Positions 57,701 through 64,000 of a stretch of DNA of 64,000 bases are shown here, piece by piece. The position numbers were made by a program, and so were the translations under genes. The notes beneath the pieces were generated by a model. That model saw only the letters and a program-made list of their open reading frames with translations, made no database searches and was not told where the DNA came from. The DNA is from Balanoglossus misakiensis (lineage: Eukaryota; Animalia; Hemichordata), in the NCBI GenBank assembly GCA_040954595.2, contig CM082593.2, positions 2,495,334 through 2,559,333 of the forward strand, given 5' to 3'. How positions within the stretch are numbered: the first letter of the stretch is position 1; every line of letters begins with the position of its first letter.

Positions 57701-60700
57701 TTCTGGATGATTTTCATGGGCTATAACCCATGGTTTTTGTCGAAAAACCACCAAATTTTGAAAATCCGCGAAGTCGAAAAATTGACATTTCTGGATGATT
57801 TTCATGGGCTATAACCCATGGTTTTTGTCGAAAAACCACCAAATTTTGAAAATGCGCGAAGTCGAAAAATTGACATTTCTGGATGATTTTCATGGGCTAT
57901 AACCCATGGTTTTTGTCGAAAAACCACCAAATTTTGAAAATCCGCGAAGTCGAAAAATTGACATTTCTGGATGATTTTCATGGGCTATAACCCATGGTTT
58001 TTGTCGAAAAACCACCAAATTTTGAAAATGCGCGAAGTCGAAAAATTGACATTTCTGGATGATTTTCATGGCTATAACCCATGGTTTTTGTCGAAAAACC
58101 ACCAAATTTTGAAAATGCGCGAAGTCGAAAAATTGACATTTCTGGATGATTTTCATGGGCTATAACCCATGGTTTTTGTCGAAAAACCACAAAATTTTGA
58201 AAATCCGCGAAGTCGAAAAATTGACATTTCTGGATGATTTTCATGGGCTATAACCCATGGTTTTTGTCGAAAAACCACCAAATTTTGAAAATCCGCGAAG
58301 TCGAAAAATTGACATTTCTGGATGATTTTCATGGGCTATAAACCATGGTTTTTGTCGAAAAACCACCAAATTTTGAAAATCCGCGAAGTCGAAAAAATTG
58401 ACATTTCTGGATGATTTTCATGGGCTATAACCCATGGTTTTTGTCGAAAAACCACCAAATTTTGAAAATCCGCTAAGTCGAAAAATTGACATTTCTGGAT
58501 GATTTTCATGGGCTATAACCCATGGTTTTTGTCGAAAAACCACCAAATTTTGAAAATCCGCGAAGTCGAAAAATTGACATTTCTGGATGATTTTCATGGG
58601 CTATAACCCATGGTTTTTGTCGAAAAACCACCAAATTTTGAAAATCCGCGAAGTCGAAAAATTGACATTTCTGGATGATTTTCATGGGCTATAACCCATG
58701 GTTTTTGTCGAAAAACCACCAAATTTTGAAAATCCGCGAAGTCGAAAATTGACATTTCTGGATGATTTTCATGGGCTATAACCCATGGTTTTTGTCGAAA
58801 AACCACCAAATTTTGAAAATCCGCGAAGTCGAAAAATTGACATTTCTGGATGATTTTCATGGGCTATAACCCATGGTTTTTGTCGAAAAACCACCAAATT
58901 TTGAAAATCCGCGAAGTCGAAAAATTGACATTTCTGGATGATTTTCATAGGCTATAACCCATGGTTTTTGTCGAAAAACCACCAAATTTTGAAAATCCGC
59001 GAAGTCGAAAAATTGACATTTCTGGATGATTTTCATGGGCTATAACCCATGGTTTTTGTCGAAAAACCACCAAATTTTGAAAATCCGCTAAGTCGAAAAT
59101 TGACATTTCTGGATGATTTCATGGGCTATAACCCATGGTTTTTGTCGAAAAACCACCAAATTTTGAAAATCCGCTAAGTCGAAAAATTGACATTTCTGGA
59201 TGATTTTCATGAGCTATAACCATGCTTTTTGTCGAAAAACCACCAAATTTTGAAAATCCGCGAAGTCGAAAAATTGACATTTCTGGATGATTTTCATGGG
59301 CTATAACCCATGGTTTTTGTCGAAAAACCACAAATTTTGAAAATCCGCGAAGTCGAAAAATTGACATTTCTGGATGATTTTCATGGGCTATAACCCATGG
59401 TTTTTGTCGAAAAACCACCAAATTTTGAAAATCCGCGAAGTCGAAAAATTGACATTTCTGGATGATTTTCATGGGCTATAACCCATGGTTTTTGTCGAAA
59501 AACCACCAAATTTTGAAAATCCGCGAAGTCGAAAAATTGACATTTCTGGATGATTTTCATGGGCTATAACCCCTGGTTTTTGTCGAAAAACCACCAAATT
59601 TTGAAAATCCGCGAAGTCGAAAAATTGACATTTCTGGATGATTTTCATGGGCTATAACCCATGGTTTTTGTCGAAAAACCACCAAATTTTGAAAATCCGC
59701 GAAGTCGAAAATTGACATTTCTGGATGATTTTCAAGGGCTATAACCCATGGTTTTGTCGAAAAACCACCAATTTTGAAAATCCGCGAAGTCGAAAAATTG
59801 ACATTTCTGGATGATTTTCATGGGCTATAACCCATGGTTTTTGTCGAAAAACCACCAAATTTTGAAAATCCGCGAAGTCGAAAAATTGACATTTCTGGAT
59901 GATTTTCATGGGCTATAACCCATGGTTTTTGTCGAAAAACCACCAAATTTTGAAAATCCGCGAAGTCGAAAAATTGACATTTCTGGATGATTTTCATGGG
60001 CTATAACCCATGGTTTTTGTCGAAAAACCACCAAATTTTGAAAATCCGCGAAGTCGAAAAATTGACATTTCTGGATGATTTTCATGGGCTATAACCCATG
60101 GTTTTTGTCGAAAAACCACCAAATTTTGAAAATCCGCGAAGTCGAAAAATTGACATTTCTGGATGATTTTCATGGGCTATAACCCATGGTTTTTGTCGAA
60201 AAACCACCAAATTTTGAAAATCCGCGAAGTCGAAAAATTGACATTTCTGGATGATTTTCATGGGCTATAACCCATGGTTTTTGTCGAAAAACCACCAAAT
60301 TTTGAAAATCCGCGAAGTCGAAAAATTGACATTTCTGGATGATTTTCATGGGCTATAACCCATGGTTTTTGTCGAAAAACCACCAAATTTTGAAAATCCG
60401 CGAAGTCGAAAAATTGACATTTCTGGATGATTTTCATGGGCTATAACCCATGGTTTTTGTCGAAAAACCACCAAATTTTGAAAATCCGCGAAGTCGAAAA
60501 ATTGACATTTCTGGATGATTTTCATGGGCTATAACCCATGGTTTTTGTCGAAAAACCACCAAATTTTGAAAATCCGCGAAGTCGAAAAATTGACATTTCT
60601 GGATGATTTTCATGGGCTATAACCCATGGTTTTTGTCGAAAAACCACCAAATTTTGAAAATCCGCGAAGTCGAAAAATTGACATTTCTGGATGATTTTCA

Positions 60701-63700
60701 TGGGCTATAACCCATGGTTTTTGTCGAAAAACCACCAAATTTTGAAAATCCGCGAAGTCGAAAAATTGACATTTCTGGATGATTTTCATGGGCTATAACC
60801 CATGGTTTTTGTCGAAAAACCACCAAATTTTGAAAATCCGCTAAGTCGAAAAATTGACATTTCTGGATGATTTCATGGGCTATAACCCATGGTTTTGTCG
60901 AAAAACCACCAAATTTTGAAAATCCGCTAAGTCGAAAATTGACATTTCTGGATGATTTTCATGAGCTATAACCCATGCTTTTTGTCGAAAAACCACCAAA
61001 TTTTGAAAATCCGCGAAGTCGAAAAATTGACATTTCTGGATGATTTTCATGGGCTATAACCCATGGTTTTTGTCGAAAAACCACCCAATTTTGAAAATCC
61101 GCGAAGTCGAAAAATTGACATTTCTGGATGATTTTCATGGGCTATAACCCATGGTTTTTGTCGAAAAACCACCAAATTTTGAAAATCCGCGAAGTCGAAA
61201 AATTGACATTTCTGGATGATTTTCATGGGCTATAACCCATGGTTTTTGTCGAAAAACCACCAAATTTTGAAAATCCGCGAAGTCGAAAAATTGACATTTC
61301 TGGATGATTTTCATGGGCTATAACCCATGGTTTTTGTCGAAAAACCACCAAATTTTGAAAATCCGCGAAGTCGAAAAATTGACATTTCTGGATGATTTCA
61401 TGGGCTATAACCCATGGTTTTTGTCGAAAAACCACCAAATTTTGAAAATCCGCGAAGTCGAAAAATTGACATTTCTGGATGATTTTCATGGGCTATAACC
61501 CATGGTTTTTGTCGAAAAACCACCAAATTTTGAAAATCCGCGAAGTCGAAAAATTGACATTTCTGGATGATTTTCATGGGCTATAACCCATGGTTTTTGT
61601 CGAAAAACCACCAAATTTTGAAAATCCGCGAAGTCGAAAAATTGACATTTCTGGATGATTTTCATGGGCTATAACCCATGGTTTTTGTCGAAAAACCACC
61701 AAATTTTGAAAATCCGCGAAGTCGAAAAATTGACATTTCTGGATGATTTTCATGGGCTATAACCCATGGTTTTTGTCGAAAAACCACCAAATTTTGAAAA
61801 TCCGCGAAGTCGAAAAAATTGACATTTCTGGATGATTTTCATGGGCTATAACCCTTGTTTTTGTCGAAAAACCACCAAATTTTGAAAATCCGCGAAGTCG
61901 AAAAATTGACATTTCTGGATGATTTTCATGGGCTATAACCCATGGTTTTTGTCGAAAAACCACCAAATTTTGAAAATCCGCGAAGTCGAAAAATTGACAT
62001 TTCTGGATGATTTTCATGGGCTATAACCCATGGTTTTTGTCGAAAAACCACCAAATTTTGAAAATCCGCGAAGTCGAAAAATTGACATTTCTGGATGATT
62101 TTCATGGGCTATAACCCATGGTTTTTGTCGAAAAACCACCAAATTTTGAAAATCCGCGAATCGAAAAATTGACATTTCTGGATGATTTTCATGGGCTATA
62201 ACCCATGGTTTTTGTCGAAAAACCACCAAATTTTGAAAATCCGCGAAGTCGAAAAATTGACATTTCTGGATGATTTTTCATGGGCTATAACCCATGGTTT
62301 TTGTCGAAAACCACCAAATTTTGAAAATCCGCGAAGTCGAAAAATTGACATTTCTGGATGATTTTCATGAGCTATAACCCATGTTTTTGTCGAAAAACCA
62401 CCAAATTTTGAAATCCGCGAAGTCGAAAATTGACATTTCTGGATGATTTTCATGGGCTATAACCCATGGTTTTTGTCGAAAAACCACCAAATTTTGAAAA
62501 TCCGCGAAGTCGAAAAATTGACATTTCTGGATGATTTTCCATGGGCTATAACCCATGGTTTTTGTCGAAAAACCACCAAATTTTGAAAATCCGCGAAGTC
62601 GAAAAATTGACATTTCTGGATGATTTTCATGGGCTATAACCCATGGTTTTTGTCGAAAAACCACCAAATTTGAAAATCCGCGAAGTCGAAAAATTGACAT
62701 TTCTGGATGATTTTCATGGGCTATAACCCATGGTTTTTGTCGAAAAACCACCAAATTTTGAAAATCCGCGAAGTCGAAAAATTGACATTTCTGGATGATT
62801 TTCATGGGCTATAACCCATGGTTTTTGTCGAAAAACCACCAAATTTTGAAAATCCGCGAAGTCGAAAAATTGACATTTCTGGATGATTTTCATGGGCTAT
62901 AACCCATGGTTTTTGTCGAAAAACCACCAAATTTTGAAAATCCGCGAAGTCGAAAAATTGACATTTCTGGATGATTTTCATGGGCTATAACCCATGGTTT
63001 TTGTCGAAAAACCACCAATTTTGAAAATCCGCGAAGTCGAAAATTGACATTTCTGGATGATTTTCATGGGCTATAACCCATGTTTTTGTCGAAAAACCAC
63101 CAAATTTTGAAAATCCGCGAAGTCGAAAAATTGACATTTCTGGATGATTTTCATGGGCTATAACCCATGGTTTTTGTCGAAAAACCACCAAATTTTGAAA
63201 TCGCCGAAGTCGAAAAATTGACATTTCTGGATGATTTTCATGGGCTATAACCCATGGTTTTTGTCGAAAAACCACCAAATTTTTGAAATTCGCGAAGTCG
63301 AAAAATTGACATTTCTGGATGATTTTCATGGGCTATAACCCATGGTTTTTGTCGAAAAACCACCAAATTTTGAAAATCCGCGAAGTCGAAAAATTGACAT
63401 TTCTGGATGATTTTCATGGGCTATAACCCAGGTTTTTGTCGAAAAACCACCAAATTTTGAAAATCCGCGAAGTCGAAAAATTGACATTTCTGGATGATTT
63501 TCATGGGCTATAACCCACGGTTTTTGTCGAAAAACCACCAAATTTTGAAAATCCGCGAAGTCGAAAAATTGACCTTTCTGGATGATTTTCATGGGCTATA
63601 ACCCATGGTTTTTGTCGAAAAACCACCAAATTTTGAAAATCCGCGAAGTCGAAAAATTGACATTTCTGGATGATTTTCATGGGCTATAACCCATGGTTTT

Positions 63701-64000
63701 TGTCGAAAAACCACCAAATTTTGGAAAATCCGCGAAGTCGAAAAATTGACATTTCTGGATGTTTTCATGGGCTATAACCCCTGGTTTTTGTCGAAAAACC
63801 ACCAAATTTTGAAAATCCGCGAAGTCGAAAAATTGACATTTCTGGATGATTTTCATGGGCTATAACCCACGGTTTTTGTCGAAAAACCACCAAATTTTGA
63901 AAATCCGCGAAGTCGAAAAATTGACATTTCTGGATGATTTTCACGGGGGCTATAACCCACGGTTTTTGTCGAAAAACCACCAAATTTTGAAAATCCGCGT
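51732..64000. repeat. 88-bp satellite DNA array (~138 monomers, runs off the window end)
   Basis: Monomer tttcatgggctataacccatggtttttgtcgaaaaaccaccaaattttgaaaatccgcgaagtcgaaaaattgacatttctggatgat; period 88 (GGG at 51928, then 52016); degenerate units at 51732-51920. Confidence 0.97.

Noticed and set aside
51749-63983. Many short ORFs in the satellite (MKIIQKCQFF.., MVVFRQKPW..)
   Set aside because: They are translations of the 88-bp repeat; the period is not a multiple of 3 and ORF ends follow homopolymer indels.

Overview
AT-rich animal (marine-invertebrate-like) genomic DNA with spliceosomal introns. Left to right: (1) the last exon of a Kelch-repeat gene (+, 244-947). (2) A convergent 8-exon macroH2A gene (-, 7305-3292) whose ADP-ribose-binding exon carries an apparent 8-nt frameshifting excess. 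(3) A CpG-rich, probably bidirectional promoter and ~30 kb of non-coding DNA with candidate 5' exons. (4) A 3.3-kb composite foldback element (34377-37662): two 1057-bp inverted arms with TATGG...CCATA termini, each holding a 63-bp minisatellite and a SAM-domain ORF, flanked by an identical ~180-bp direct duplication of host DNA. Removing two nested MITE-like insertions at its centre leaves a near-perfect 2.1-kb palindrome with a 1-nt loop. (5) A 10-exon gene (+, 39163-48885) for an uncharacterised ~2384-aa disordered/coiled-coil protein with repeated short motifs. (6) An 88-bp satellite array from ~51.7 kb to the window end. The palindromic element with the giant target duplication is the most unusual object.
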